Of a stretch of DNA of 64,000 nucleotides, positions 30,767-40,927 are shown in pieces. Origin of the DNA: Longimicrobiales bacterium (lineage in GTDB: Bacteria > Gemmatimonadota > Gemmatimonadetes > Longimicrobiales > Gaopeijiaceae); assembly GCA_965203485.1 (NCBI GenBank), contig OZ241892.1, forward strand, positions 1,280,001 to 1,344,000. Direction: 5' to 3'. Both the position numbers and the translations under genes were made by a program. Below the pieces are notes generated by a model, which had not been told where the DNA came from, did not search any database, and was given only the letters and a program-made list of their open reading frames with translations. Every line of letters starts with the position of its first letter. The stretch's first letter is position 1.

Positions 30767-32251
30767 ATGAGCCGGGCCGCGGTCCTGGCGCTCGACCAGG
30801 GCACGACCGGCTCCACGGCGCTCGTGGTCGCCGCGGACGGCCGCGTGCTCGGACGCGGCCACCGGGAGTTCCCGCAGTACTTTCCGTCGCCCGGCCGCGT
30901 GGAGCACGACGCGGAGGAGCTGTGGCGGGCCACGGTCGGCGCGGCGCGCGACGCCCTGGCGGCGGCCGGAGGCGCCGAAGTTGCCGCCGTGGGCGTCGCC
31001 AACCAGCGCGAGACCGTGGTCGTGTGGGACCCCGACACGCTGGAGCCGCTCCACCGCGCCATCGTCTGGCAGGACAGGCGCACGGCGCGGGCGTGCGGCG
31101 ACCTGAAGGCCGCGGGCCGCGAAGGCCAAGTGCGGGCCCGCACGGGGTTGCTCCTCGACCCGTACTTCTCGGCGACAAAGCTGCGTTGGCTGCTCGACGC
31201 CGATCCTGTGCTCGCCGCGCGCGCGGCGGCGGGCGAACTCGCCGCCGGGACGGTCGACAGCTGGCTGGTGGCGCGGCTCACAGATGGGGCGGTGCACGCC
31301 ACCGATCCGACGAACGCGTCGCGCACGTTGCTCTTCGACCTCGGCGAGGCGCAGTGGAGCGACGACATGCTCGCCCTGTTCGGGATCCCTCGCCGCGTGT
31401 TGCCCGAGATCCGCCCGAGCAGCGGCGACTTCGGTTGCGTGCGCGCGCCCGTGCTGAGGACCGACGCCCCCGTGGCGGCAGTCGCCGGCGACCAGCAGGC
31501 GGCGCTGTTCGGCCACGGGTGCTGGGCTCCCGGCCGCGGCAAGTGCACGTACGGCACCGGCGCCTTCTTGCTCTTCCACACGGGCGGCGAACGACCGTCG
31601 CCCCGGGCAGGCTTGCTGGCCACGGCCGCGTGCGGCCCGGCTGGGGATCTGGCCTACGCCGTGGAAGGCGGCATCTTCGTTGCCGGGGCCGCTCTCCAAT
31701 GGTTGCGCGACGGCCTCGGGGTCCTGGAGGACGCGGCGCGCAGCGAGGCCATGGCCGACAACGGCGGCGTGTACTTGGTGCCCGCCTTCGCGGGACTGGG
31801 CGCGCCTCACTGGCGTCCCGACGTCCGCGGCGCGTTCTTCGGCCTGACCCGCGGCACGACGAGGGCCCATTTGGCGCGGGCGGCCCTCGAGGCCATGGCC
31901 TACGCGACGCGCGATCTCCTGGGCGCCATGGAAGAGGACACCGGCTTGCGAGGCGCGCCGCTCTGCGTCGACGGCGGGGCCGCGGCGAACGACTGGCTGG
32001 TGCAGTTCGCCGCCGACGTGCTGGATCGTCCGCTCCGCCGCCCGGCGTTGGTCGAGGTCACGGCGCTCGGGGCCGCCGGCCTGGCGGGACTGCGCGCCGG
32101 CCTCTGGAGCTCGCCCGACGAGTTCGCCGCCGCGTGCCGCAGTCTCCGCACCTTCGTTCCGTCGATGGCGGCGCCTCAGAGGGAGTCGCTGCTGGCCGGA
32201 TGGCGGAGGGCGGTGCGCGGCGTCCTCGCCGCCGCGGGGCCTGTACCTTGA
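30767..32251 (+). CDS. glpK: Glycerol kinase
   Basis: LDQGTTGS, NQRET, WQDRRT, DPYFSATK, GDQQAALFG, KCTYGTG. Confidence 0.95.
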   Translation: MSRAAVLALDQGTTGSTALVVAADGRVLGRGHREFPQYFPSPGRVEHDAEELWRATVGAARDALAAAGGAEVAAVGVANQRETVVVWDPDTLEPLHRAIVWQDRRTARACGDLKAAGREGQVRARTGLLLDPYFSATKLRWLLDADPVLAARAAAGELAAGTVDSWLVARLTDGAVHATDPTNASRTLLFDLGEAQWSDDMLALFGIPRRVLPEIRPSSGDFGCVRAPVLRTDAPVAAVAGDQQAALFGHGCWAPGRGKCTYGTGAFLLFHTGGERPSPRAGLLATAACGPAGDLAYAVEGGIFVAGAALQWLRDGLGVLEDAARSEAMADNGGVYLVPAFAGLGAPHWRPDVRGAFFGLTRGTTRAHLARAALEAMAYATRDLLGAMEEDTGLRGAPLCVDGGAAANDWLVQFAADVLDRPLRRPALVEVTALGAAGLAGLRAGLWSSPDEFAAACRSLRTFVPSMAAPQRESLLAGWRRAVRGVLAAAGPVP

Positions 32252-32468
32252 CCATGGCCCGGGCGCGGCGCAACGAGGACGAGCTGGGCTTCTCTTCGGC
32301 TCCCGAGGCAGGACGCTCCTCATCTCTTCAGCGCGTTTCGGGGCAAGGCCGATTCCTAGTAGATTTGCCTCCGACGGCCGTATCCGCCCGGTGTTGCCGG
32401 CGAGGAGAACGGCCGACGCGCCGCTGTCGCCGCCGTTGGCGACGCGAGAACGCCGGAGACGGGCGCCA

Positions 32469-32885
32469 ATGAAGAACACGCGATTTCTCGTAGGCTTGGT
32501 GGGCGTGGCGGCCGCCGTGTCGTACCTGATGTGGACGGGCGTCACCGACAGCATGGTCTACTACCTGACGCCCGCCGAGTTGCTGGAGCGGATCGAAGAG
32601 GAGCCCGGCTTCCGCGACGTGGGCGTCAAGGTGAGCGGCCGCGTGGTTGAAGGAACCTGGAAGCGCGCGCCGGGTCCCGCGCACGAGTTTCGGGTCGCCG
32701 ATCTCGACGAGCCGTCGGTCGTCTTCTCGGTTCGCTACGAGGACGTCGTGCCCGACACGTTCAACGACCGGGCGGAAGTGGTTCTCGAAGGCAAGTTCGG
32801 GCCGGACGAGGTCTTCGAGGCCCGAACCGTGCTGACGAAGTGCGGCAGCCGCTACGAGGCGGCAAAGGAGGACTTCGCGACGTGA
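32469..32885 (+). CDS. ccmE: Cytochrome c maturation heme chaperone CcmE (CxxxY variant)
   Basis: N-terminal TM, YYLTP, VPDTF, VVLEG, LTKCGSRYE. Confidence 0.92.
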   Translation: MKNTRFLVGLVGVAAAVSYLMWTGVTDSMVYYLTPAELLERIEEEPGFRDVGVKVSGRVVEGTWKRAPGPAHEFRVADLDEPSVVFSVRYEDVVPDTFNDRAEVVLEGKFGPDEVFEARTVLTKCGSRYEAAKEDFAT

Positions 32886-34921
32886 CCGCCTTGGGCGAAG
32901 TCGCCCTGTGGATCGCGCTCCCCATGGCCCTCTGGGGCACAGTTCTCTCCTTCGCCGGCGGACGGACCGCCCGCGCCGACTTCGTCCTCAGCGGCGAGCG
33001 GACCGCCTACGCGAACACGCTTCTCCTCCTGCTTGCCTCCGCGGGCGTCGTCGCGGCGTTCGTCGGCGAGCGCTACGAGTTCTGGTACGTGGCCAGCTAC
33101 TCGAACCGCGAGCTCGGCCTCTACTTCAAGGTCGCGGGCCTTTGGGCGGGACAGCGCGGATCGCTCCTGTTCTGGACTCTGCTCCTTTCCGCCTTCACGT
33201 CGGTTGCCGTCTTCCGAAACCGGCGTCGCAACCGCGAGTTCATGCCGTACGTCGCCGGCACGCTTCTCGCGATGCTCTCGTTCTTGCTGGTCGTCCTCCT
33301 GTTCGCCGACGTGAACCCGTTCGAGCGGCTGGGTTTCACCCCGGCGAACGGGCGGGGCCTCAACCCGCAGTTGCAGAACTACTGGATGACGATTCATCCG
33401 CCCATGCTGTACTTGGGATTCACGGCCTTCGCGGTGCCGTTCGCCTTCGCGGTCGCGGCGCTGCTCACCGGACGGTTGGACTCGCGCTGGATCGCCGTCA
33501 CCCGCCGCTGGACGTTGCTCAGCTGGTTCTTCCTCACCAACGGGATCATCTTCGGAATGCGCTGGGCGTACGAGGAGCTGGGCTGGGGCGGCTACTGGTT
33601 CTGGGACCCGGTCGAGAACGCTTCGCTGTTGCCGTGGCTCACCGCGACGGCGTTCGTGCACTCCATCCAGATCCAGGAGAACCGCGGGATGCTCAAGGTC
33701 TGGAACATGGGGCTGGTCGCGGCCACGTTCCTCCTCACGATCTTCGCGACGTTCCTCACCCGTTCCGGCCTGATCGAGTCGGTCCACAGCTTTGCCGAGA
33801 ACCTCAAGATTGCATACATATTCCTCGGCTTCCTGGGCGCCGTCGCGGCGATCTGCGCGGTGCTGGTCGTCTACCGCTTGCCGTTGTTGCGGGGCGAGAG
33901 TCACATCCAGTCGTTTCTCTCCCGCGAGTCGGCCTTCCTGTTCAACAACCTGCTCTTCGTCGGAATCGCGTTCGCAGTCGCGTGGGGCACGCTCTATCCG
34001 CTCTTCACCGAAGGATTCTTCGGCCAGAAGATCAACGTCGGACCTCCATACTACAATCGAGTCAACGTGCCGGCCGGCCTTGTCCTTCTCGCCTTGACGG
34101 GGATCGGCCCGGTCATCGCGTGGCGGAGGGCGTCGCGCCGCAATCTGCGCAGGAACTTCGCCTGGCCGGTGGCCTCTGCCGCCGCCGTGGCGGGCGTGCT
34201 GGCGGGCATCGGCGTGCGCCACTGGGCCGCGCTCGCCACGTTCTCCATATCGGCCTTCGTGATGACGGTCGTCGTCGTCGAATTCGCCAAGGGGACGGGT
34301 GCGCGGGCCCGCATATCCGGCGAGGGCCGGTGGAGATCGCTGTTCAACTTGGTGCGCCGCAACCGTCGCCGGTGGGGCGGCTACGTGGTCCACGCAGGCG
34401 TCGTCGTGGTCTTCACGGGCATGGCCGGTTCCGCGTTCGACGTGGCCGTGACCCAGGAGCTGGCGCCGGGCGAGTCGCTGTCCGTGCGGTCCGCGTTCGG
34501 GCACGAGTACACCCTCGCATACGAGAGCCTTTCGCACTCTCGCCCGCGTTCCGGCGCAACCCTCGAAAACGACTGGCGGTGGACGGCGCTGGTCACGGTT
34601 CGGCGTGGCGGCGAGCGCGTCGCCGTCATGCGTCCCGAGCGAAGGTTCTATCCCGTGATGGACCAGTCGTCCACGGAAGTCGGCATCCACAGCACGGCGT
34701 TCGAGGACCTGTACGTGATTCCTCGCGACATCGACCTCGAAAGCGGCGCGGACCGCGTCGTCTTCGAGGCCAAGGTGCTGCCGCTGGTGCCCTGGATATG
34801 GTACGGTGGAATGGTCGTCGCCGCCGGCGGCTTGATCGCGCTCTGGCCGGTCGGCGCCGCCCGTCCGCTTTCGCCTGCCCGGAATCCCGCGCCCGCGCTC
34901 GGGGCGGGACGCGCGGCCTGA
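32882..34921 (+). CDS. ccmF: Heme lyase CcmF
   Basis: GLNPQLQN, IHPPMLYLG, WWD motif WGGYWFWDPVENASLLPWL, SVHSF; many TMs. Confidence 0.96.
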   Translation: MTALGEVALWIALPMALWGTVLSFAGGRTARADFVLSGERTAYANTLLLLLASAGVVAAFVGERYEFWYVASYSNRELGLYFKVAGLWAGQRGSLLFWTLLLSAFTSVAVFRNRRRNREFMPYVAGTLLAMLSFLLVVLLFADVNPFERLGFTPANGRGLNPQLQNYWMTIHPPMLYLGFTAFAVPFAFAVAALLTGRLDSRWIAVTRRWTLLSWFFLTNGIIFGMRWAYEELGWGGYWFWDPVENASLLPWLTATAFVHSIQIQENRGMLKVWNMGLVAATFLLTIFATFLTRSGLIESVHSFAENLKIAYIFLGFLGAVAAICAVLVVYRLPLLRGESHIQSFLSRESAFLFNNLLFVGIAFAVAWGTLYPLFTEGFFGQKINVGPPYYNRVNVPAGLVLLALTGIGPVIAWRRASRRNLRRNFAWPVASAAAVAGVLAGIGVRHWAALATFSISAFVMTVVVVEFAKGTGARARISGEGRWRSLFNLVRRNRRRWGGYVVHAGVVVVFTGMAGSAFDVAVTQELAPGESLSVRSAFGHEYTLAYESLSHSRPRSGATLENDWRWTALVTVRRGGERVAVMRPERRFYPVMDQSSTEVGIHSTAFEDLYVIPRDIDLESGADRVVFEAKVLPLVPWIWYGGMVVAAGGLIALWPVGAARPLSPARNPAPALGAGRAA

Positions 34922-35355
34922 TGCTCGTTGCCGGCGGGATCGCGTTGGCCGCCGGCATCCTCCTCTTCGTGCTGGAGCCGGTCTTTTCGGGGCGCGGCGC
35001 ACTTGCCTACGACGGGAACGAACGCTGGGACGAGGCGGCGGCCAGGCGGCGGGTGGCTCTCTCCGCGCTCCGCGACTTGGAGTACGACTTGGCGACCGGC
35101 AAGATCGACGGGCGCGACTACGAGGGGACGAGGGCCGAACTGGCTCGCGAGGCCCTGCAACGGCTGAACGAGGCGCCCGGCGAGGCTCCGCCCGACCCGG
35201 CCGCCGCCGCGCTCGAAGAGGAGATCGCCGAGATGCGCCGCGCGCTCCGGGAAGGACTTCGGTGCGGGGCCTGCCGGAACGTGAACGCCCGCGGGGCCAG
35301 GTTCTGCGGGCGTTGCGGCGGCCCGCTGGGCGCCGGGGCCGCGGCGGATCCATGA
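34921..35355 (+). CDS. Membrane-anchored zinc-ribbon protein (CcmI N-terminal-like)
   Basis: TM helix, LRDLEYDLATGKIDGRDY, then CGAC...FCGRCG; coupled to ccmF and ccmA. Confidence 0.8.
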   Translation: MLVAGGIALAAGILLFVLEPVFSGRGALAYDGNERWDEAAARRRVALSALRDLEYDLATGKIDGRDYEGTRAELAREALQRLNEAPGEAPPDPAAAALEEEIAEMRRALREGLRCGACRNVNARGARFCGRCGGPLGAGAAADP

Positions 35356-36140
35356 CGCTGGAGGGCCGGGCGCTCGCCTGCGCCTACGGCCCGACGCAGG
35401 CCCTGCGGGGCGTGAACTTGGCGGCGAGCGGGGGAGTGATGGTCGTCTTCGGCCCGAACGGCGCAGGAAAGTCCACGCTCTTGCGCGTCCTCTCCGGGGA
35501 GCGGCGTCCCGATCGCGGGGACGTGTTCCTGGACGGTGCGCCCGTCTCGGCCGATCTCGCCGCATGGCGCGGCCGGATCGGCGTGGTCGGCCACCGAAGC
35601 GGCCTGTACTCCAAGCTGACCGTGGCGGAGAACTTGGCGTTCTTCGCGTCGCTGTACGCGGATGGGAAGAGGGGAGGGACCCGCGAGGCGCTGGCCGCCG
35701 CCGGGGCCGGCGAGTTGGCTGACCGGCCGGCTGAAGGACTGTCCCGCGGAGAACGCCAGCGCGTCGCTCTCGCCCGCGCCTTCCTGCGCGACCCGGACGT
35801 CCTGCTCCTGGACGAGCCGTTCACGGGGCTGGACGCGGCGGCCGCGGCCGCTGTAGGCGACGCTCTGCGCGAGCGCGGCGGCCGCGGCCGCATCGTGGCG
35901 CTGACCACGCACGACCTCGTCCGGGGAACCGGCATCGCGGACCGGGTGATCGTGCTCCGGCGGGGCCGCAAGGCGCTCGATTGCGGAGGCGGCGAGGCGA
36001 GCACGAGCCGAATCGCGGGCGCGATGAGCGGGCGCGGACAGGAACGCGAGCGGCCGGGGCCAGTCGAGGGGCGGCCCGCGAGCGCCCCGAACCGTCCTGG
36101 CCTGCACGGCGGAGGCGGAACCCCGGGCGGCCCGGCGTGA
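35352..36140 (+). CDS. ccmA: Heme exporter ATP-binding subunit
   Basis: GPNGAGKST, LSRGERQR, LLLDEPF; ccm operon context. Confidence 0.9.
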   Translation: MTLEGRALACAYGPTQALRGVNLAASGGVMVVFGPNGAGKSTLLRVLSGERRPDRGDVFLDGAPVSADLAAWRGRIGVVGHRSGLYSKLTVAENLAFFASLYADGKRGGTREALAAAGAGELADRPAEGLSRGERQRVALARAFLRDPDVLLLDEPFTGLDAAAAAAVGDALRERGGRGRIVALTTHDLVRGTGIADRVIVLRRGRKALDCGGGEASTSRIAGAMSGRGQERERPGPVEGRPASAPNRPGLHGGGGTPGGPA

Positions 36141-36811
36141 GCGCGCCGAGACTGGCATGGCGCGTCGCCGCCAAGGACTTGCGGGTCGAGTTCCGCGCTC
36201 GAGGCAGGATCGTCGCCACGATCGCGTTCGTGGCCATGGCGGGGTTTCTCTTCGCGGTGTCGCTCGACCGCGCGCGGGTGGCCCCCCGGGATGTGGCCGG
36301 GCCGCTGATCTGGCTGGTCATGCTGTTCGCGGCCACCGCGGGCGCCGGGCGTGCGTTCGACTCGGAGGACGAAGACGGCGCGTTCAGGCACCTGCTCCTG
36401 GCGCCCGTGCCCAGGCCGGCTCTCTTCTTGGGCAAGGCCGCGGCCAACGCCGTGCTGGTCGCCGCCGCCGCCGCCGCGACGTTTGCGGCGTTCGCGCTGT
36501 TTCTGGGCCTCGCGCCCCGTGGGATCGCCGCCCATGCCGCCGTGTTGCTGCCGGGGGCGGTCGGGCTGGCCGCGGCAAGCACGTTCTTCGGGCGGATGGC
36601 GGGCCACAGCTCGCTGGGCGACGCTCTTCTGCCCGTCCTCGTCTTTCCCCTGCTGGCCCCCCTCGTGTTCTTCGGCGCCACGGCGACCGGCCGGTTGCTT
36701 GCGGAGCGTCCTTGGCCGGAGGCTGCGGGCCTGGTGCGTCTCCTATGGGCCTTTGCGCTGGGCGCGCTGGCGGCGGGCGGCGTTCTCTTCCGCCAAGTCG
36801 TGGACGATTAG
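36137..36811 (+). CDS. ccmB: Heme exporter membrane subunit
   Basis: KDLRVEFR, FDSEDEDG, LGK, LLPVLVFPL; about 6 TMs. Confidence 0.9.
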   Translation: MSAPRLAWRVAAKDLRVEFRARGRIVATIAFVAMAGFLFAVSLDRARVAPRDVAGPLIWLVMLFAATAGAGRAFDSEDEDGAFRHLLLAPVPRPALFLGKAAANAVLVAAAAAATFAAFALFLGLAPRGIAAHAAVLLPGAVGLAAASTFFGRMAGHSSLGDALLPVLVFPLLAPLVFFGATATGRLLAERPWPEAAGLVRLLWAFALGALAAGGVLFRQVVDD

Positions 36812-36869
36812 ATTGTCGCCGACCGCGCGCCGCGCCGCGCCAGACACCGTCACAGGAGCCGGGCCGCCA

Positions 36870-37550
36870 ATGCGTGCCAAGACCGCCACGACCGGCGGAG
36901 CCGTGCTCGCGGCGACGGGCGCGGCGGCCTTTCTGGCCGCGCAATGGATGGTCGCGTTCTGGGCGCCGACCGAGGCCAGCATGGGCCTGGTTCAGCGCAT
37001 CTTCTACGTGCACGTCCCGGCTGCGTGGACCACGTTCCTCGCCTTCGGCATCGCCGCCGTGGCCAGCGCGGCCTACCTCTGGCTCAAGGACGAACGGGCG
37101 GACGCGGCGGCCGTCGCGGCGGCCGAAGGCGGCCTCGTCTTCGGCGCGATCATGCTCGTGTCGGGCCCGCTGTGGGGCCGCATTGCGTGGGGCACGTACT
37201 GGACTTGGGAGCCGCGTCTCACGCTTACGCTCCTCCTCTGGTTCATCTACGTCGGCTACTTCCTCGTGCGCGGCTCGGTGCGCGACGCGCGGCGCGGAAG
37301 GAGACTCGCGGCCGTCGTGGCCGTCGTGGGCGCGCTCGACATTCCCCTCGTTCACCTCAGCGTATCCTGGTTCCGGTCCTTGCATCCCGAGGCGGTCGTG
37401 CTTAATCCGGACGGTCCCACCCTTCACCCCGACATGCTCGCGACCCTGCTCGTCTCCCTGGCCGGCTTCACCTTGCTGTTCCTGGGGTTGTTCGGCCTCC
37501 GCTATTCCGCCGAGACGAACCGGCCGCCGGCCGAGGAAGCCCGGGCGTGA
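36870..37550 (+). CDS. ccmC: Heme exporter CcmC
   Basis: RIFYVHVP, WGRIAWGTYWTWEPRLT (WWD), RSLHP. Confidence 0.94.
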   Translation: MRAKTATTGGAVLAATGAAAFLAAQWMVAFWAPTEASMGLVQRIFYVHVPAAWTTFLAFGIAAVASAAYLWLKDERADAAAVAAAEGGLVFGAIMLVSGPLWGRIAWGTYWTWEPRLTLTLLLWFIYVGYFLVRGSVRDARRGRRLAAVVAVVGALDIPLVHLSVSWFRSLHPEAVVLNPDGPTLHPDMLATLLVSLAGFTLLFLGLFGLRYSAETNRPPAEEARA

Positions 37551-37786
37551 CCGTCGCCGGCCTCCTTGCGGACTTGGCGGGAACGGCCGCGGCCGAGGCC
37601 GTCCACGTCCAGCGGTCCGCCGGCCAGTCCGCGCGACCCCTCGTCCATGTTCTGTTGGCCTACGGATTCGCCTGGACCGCGATCCTCGGCTGGGCGTGGC
37701 GCATCGCCCGTCTGCGGCGCGCGCGGCGCTCCTTGCCGGCGAACCTCCGCGCCGAACCTGGAAGCCGACGGGAGAGGCGGTTATAA
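37547..37786 (+). CDS. CcmD-like small membrane protein
   Basis: GTGA-coupled to ccmC; AYGFAW-containing TM followed by a basic tail. Confidence 0.6.
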   Translation: MTVAGLLADLAGTAAAEAVHVQRSAGQSARPLVHVLLAYGFAWTAILGWAWRIARLRRARRSLPANLRAEPGSRRERRL

Positions 37787-37787
37787 T
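37782..37787 (+). promoter_or_regulatory. Possible sigma70 -10 box
   Basis: Perfect TATAAT in a very GC-rich background, about 145 nt upstream of the next ATG; no clear -35. Confidence 0.4.
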
Positions 37788-37932
37788 TCCCGCTGGAAGA
37801 CAAGGGGGAGTCCAGCTGTCAGGCGGCCTCGCGGTCGTCGCCCGGACCCTTCGCGTCCCGCCGGGGCATCCCCGGAATCCCAGTGCGCCGCTGAACCGAC
37901 AACGTTCCCCTCGCGAGAAGGAGAACTCGCAG

Positions 37933-39342
37933 ATGCCCGCCGTCTCCAAGTTCCGCAACACGGCCGTAGCGCTCTTCTGCCTAGGCCTGCCGGCCCAGGA
38001 TGCCATGTCCCAAGCCGAGTCCAGCACGTTGCGCTACGGCACGGGCCTGCTCGACGTGCCCACCGCGAAGGTGGTTCCTCACCTCTCGTTCGCGGGGACG
38101 TACTCGGGCTTCGGCATCTCGGTCGCCAACCGTCTGGTTCTGGACCGGGCCGGCCGAGAGATCGCGAAGGGCGACCCCTACGAGAAGTGGGTTTCGGACG
38201 GCTCGTTGACGTTCGGACTGTTCGACCGCCTCGAGCTGGGCGCCACGATCCAGCACTACGACGAGCCCGCGGACGGGGGCAATCTGCTGGGAGGCTTCGG
38301 GCAACTCCTGGTCCTGCCGCCGGGCCATGGATTCAACATCGCGGTCGGCGCTCGCTACGTTTCCTCGCCCAGCTTCGGCGACCAGTATCCGGACGAGTTC
38401 CAGCCCAACCGCTTCGGCTACCCGGATTCGCGCGTCATCGAGAAGCCGGAGGGCAAGGCCGAGTTCAGCTCCAATCTCTCTCCCTACGCGGTGGCGACGT
38501 TTCATCTTCCCGGGCTCGAAGCCGGCTTCCTGCCCGAGTACGACTTTTCGCTGACGGCGGGATGGGGCAGCGGCATGTTCCGCGCCGGGCGCGATCTCGA
38601 CTTCTACGGCGTCTCCGACGTCGCCGGCTTGCTCGCTGGGGCCGGGTTGCACGTGGGGCTCGGCGAGGGCCGCCTGCTTCACCTGATCGGCGAGTTCAAC
38701 GGCTTCGACGTCAACACGGGCGTCGAGATCGACTGGGGCGGGGTGCGCGTCGGCGCGTTCGTGCTCGGCATGGAGTACGACCAGCAATCCACGTTTCGCA
38801 GCCGCAAGATCGGCGTGAAGGGATCGCTCGCGTTCTGCGCGGCCGACGGCGGCCTTTGCAAGCCCAGCTTGGCCGGCCGTCCCGCGCCCGACACCGTGAC
38901 GCTTCCGGCGCCCGCACCCGACACCGTGTTCGTCGAGCGTACCGTCGAGCCCGAGTTGCCGACTGGCACGCCGACGTCGATTTGCCTCTCCACCGGCGCG
39001 TCGATCCAAGTGTACGTCACCCCGCAGCTGGACACGCTGGTGGGCCCCGGACGGGTGTCGGTCCGCGACCTCCGGCCGGGCATCGTGTTCGCGGGCGCGT
39101 ACGCGGAGGACCACCAGTGGTTCGTGGACGACGAGGCGATCGAGCTGGAACGGCGTGAGTTCAGCAAGTCCGGCAACCCTCGTTCGCTGGACTGCGACGA
39201 CATCATGCGGGTCGGCGAGCACGAGGGCGTCCCCCTCTTCGCGGAGCGTTCGGCGGAGCGGCCCCTCGAGATGATCTTCGTGCCCGTTCGGCCGGGGGTC
39301 TGGCAGGCCTACGAGTACGGCCTGCAGGGGACGCGCGGCTAG
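37933..39342 (+). CDS. Exported YjbH-like outer-membrane beta-barrel protein with Pro-rich linker and C-terminal domain
   Basis: AGGAG RBS, signal peptide, YGTGLLDVPTA, alternating beta-strands, PAPDTV repeats. Confidence 0.7.
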   Translation: MPAVSKFRNTAVALFCLGLPAQDAMSQAESSTLRYGTGLLDVPTAKVVPHLSFAGTYSGFGISVANRLVLDRAGREIAKGDPYEKWVSDGSLTFGLFDRLELGATIQHYDEPADGGNLLGGFGQLLVLPPGHGFNIAVGARYVSSPSFGDQYPDEFQPNRFGYPDSRVIEKPEGKAEFSSNLSPYAVATFHLPGLEAGFLPEYDFSLTAGWGSGMFRAGRDLDFYGVSDVAGLLAGAGLHVGLGEGRLLHLIGEFNGFDVNTGVEIDWGGVRVGAFVLGMEYDQQSTFRSRKIGVKGSLAFCAADGGLCKPSLAGRPAPDTVTLPAPAPDTVFVERTVEPELPTGTPTSICLSTGASIQVYVTPQLDTLVGPGRVSVRDLRPGIVFAGAYAEDHQWFVDDEAIELERREFSKSGNPRSLDCDDIMRVGEHEGVPLFAERSAERPLEMIFVPVRPGVWQAYEYGLQGTRG

Positions 39343-39377
39343 AAGCGGGCGTCGCGCTCGAGAGATCGCGGTTGCGA

Positions 39378-40922
39378 TCAGGACGGCGCTGGGCCGGACA
39401 AGCCCAGTCGGACTGCCAGTTCGGGAGTCACGTCGGCGGCCGAGTCGATGTCGGTCTCGACGGGAAGGCACGTGACGCGAAGCCCGAGTGCGCGGCAACG
39501 GGCCGTCGTCTCCGAAAACACGCACGCGGTGCTCCACGGCATCTGCTCGAAGAGCGAGGGTTGCGGCTCCTTGAGCGCAATTAGGTAGTAGCCTCCGTCG
39601 CTGGAGGGTCCAAGGACGACGTCGGCCGAACGCAACGCGTCCAACGCGAGGCCGACGGTCTCGGCGTCGACCGTCGGCGCGTCGGTTCCCACGACGGCGA
39701 CGGCGCGGGCGCCCTGCGCGAAGGCGGCCCGGACCATGCGGTCCATCCGCGCGCCCAAGTCTCCGTCGCCCTGCGGGACGAAGCTGGGGCCGCCGCCCAG
39801 CCAGCCGCGCATCTCGTCCTCTGCGCCGGGCGGGTCGAAGCACACGGTCGTTCGGGCCGGCGCGTCCGCCAGCTGCTCCATCACCGATCGGCCCAAGCGG
39901 CGGTAGGCCTCCGCCGCGGCCTCCGCGCCCCAGTTCCGCGCCAAGCGAGTCTTGACGGCGCCGGGCCGGGGCGCCTTGGCGAAGACGAGAAGCGCGGCGG
40001 GCTGGAGGCGCGCGTTCGCGTCGTCGCTCGCGGCGGCCGTGCCGTCGGCCGCGGCGGTGGAACAGGCGGTGGGCTGGAAGGCCTCTGGGCCGGCTGCCCC
40101 GCGCTCGCTTGGTTCGTTGGCGCGCACGTCTTCTTGGGGCGGCGCCTCCGGGCCGGCGGTCCCGCGCACGGTCGGCGCCCGGCGGGGTTGGTAGCGGGCG
40201 GCGAGGTCGGCCGGGCGCGCCCCTGCCAGGAAGCGGCTGATGAGCGTCGCGTTTCGCGCGAAGGCGCGCAGGCGGCCCTCTTCCTCCCAGCGCCTGGCGC
40301 TGGTGCGGACGTGGGCGGGGAGACGCTCGAGCGCCCCGGACGCGGCCAGCCGCCGGTTGAGGACGACGTCCTCCATCAGCGGCTCGTCCGGATAGCCGCC
40401 CGCCCGGAAGAACGAGTCCCGCCGGATCAACAGCCCTTGGTCGCCGTACACGAGGCCGGTCCAGCGCTCGCGAAGCCGCTGTCCGGCCTCGACAAGCCGG
40501 TAGAAGAAGCGGGGATGGTCGATGGCGAGGCCGAAGTAGCCTGCCGCCGGTCGATCCCCTTCCACGTGCCGCTCGACCGCCCTCAGAGCGTCGGCGCTCA
40601 AGCGCGAGTCGGCATGCAGCAGCAGAAGCCAACGGGCGCCGAGGAACGCCGCTCCGGCGTTCAGTTGCCGCGCGCGCCCCCGCCGACTCCTGACCACCCA
40701 GGCGCCTTCCGTCCGGGCGGCGTCGGCCGTGCCGTCGCGCGAGCCGCCGTCCACGACCACAACCGTGGAGTCCAGCTGCAAGTGCGACAGATCGCGGAGC
40801 AGAGCGGGCAGGCGCTCGGCCTCGTCGAGCGCGGGAACGACGACGCCCAGCCGGGCGTCGTGTCCTGGAGCGCGCCTGCGCCGAGACGTGAAGTCGGGGC
40901 CGGCGGGCCGCCCGCCGTCCAC
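39378..40922 (-). CDS. Fused GT2 (TIGR04283-like) and DUF2064 (TIGR04282-like) glycosyltransferase
   Basis: N-half VVVPALDE, VVDGGSRD, LLHADS, YGDQGL, LMEDV, TSARRW; C-half FAKAPRPGAVKTRL, QGDGDLGARM, GTDAP, GPSSDGGYYLI. One continuous frame. Confidence 0.88.
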   Translation of the reverse strand: MDGGRPAGPDFTSRRRRAPGHDARLGVVVPALDEAERLPALLRDLSHLQLDSTVVVVDGGSRDGTADAARTEGAWVVRSRRGRARQLNAGAAFLGARWLLLLHADSRLSADALRAVERHVEGDRPAAGYFGLAIDHPRFFYRLVEAGQRLRERWTGLVYGDQGLLIRRDSFFRAGGYPDEPLMEDVVLNRRLAASGALERLPAHVRTSARRWEEEGRLRAFARNATLISRFLAGARPADLAARYQPRRAPTVRGTAGPEAPPQEDVRANEPSERGAAGPEAFQPTACSTAAADGTAAASDDANARLQPAALLVFAKAPRPGAVKTRLARNWGAEAAAEAYRRLGRSVMEQLADAPARTTVCFDPPGAEDEMRGWLGGGPSFVPQGDGDLGARMDRMVRAAFAQGARAVAVVGTDAPTVDAETVGLALDALRSADVVLGPSSDGGYYLIALKEPQPSLFEQMPWSTACVFSETTARCRALGLRVTCLPVETDIDSAADVTPELAVRLGLSGPAPS

Positions 40923-40927
40923 GCCGG

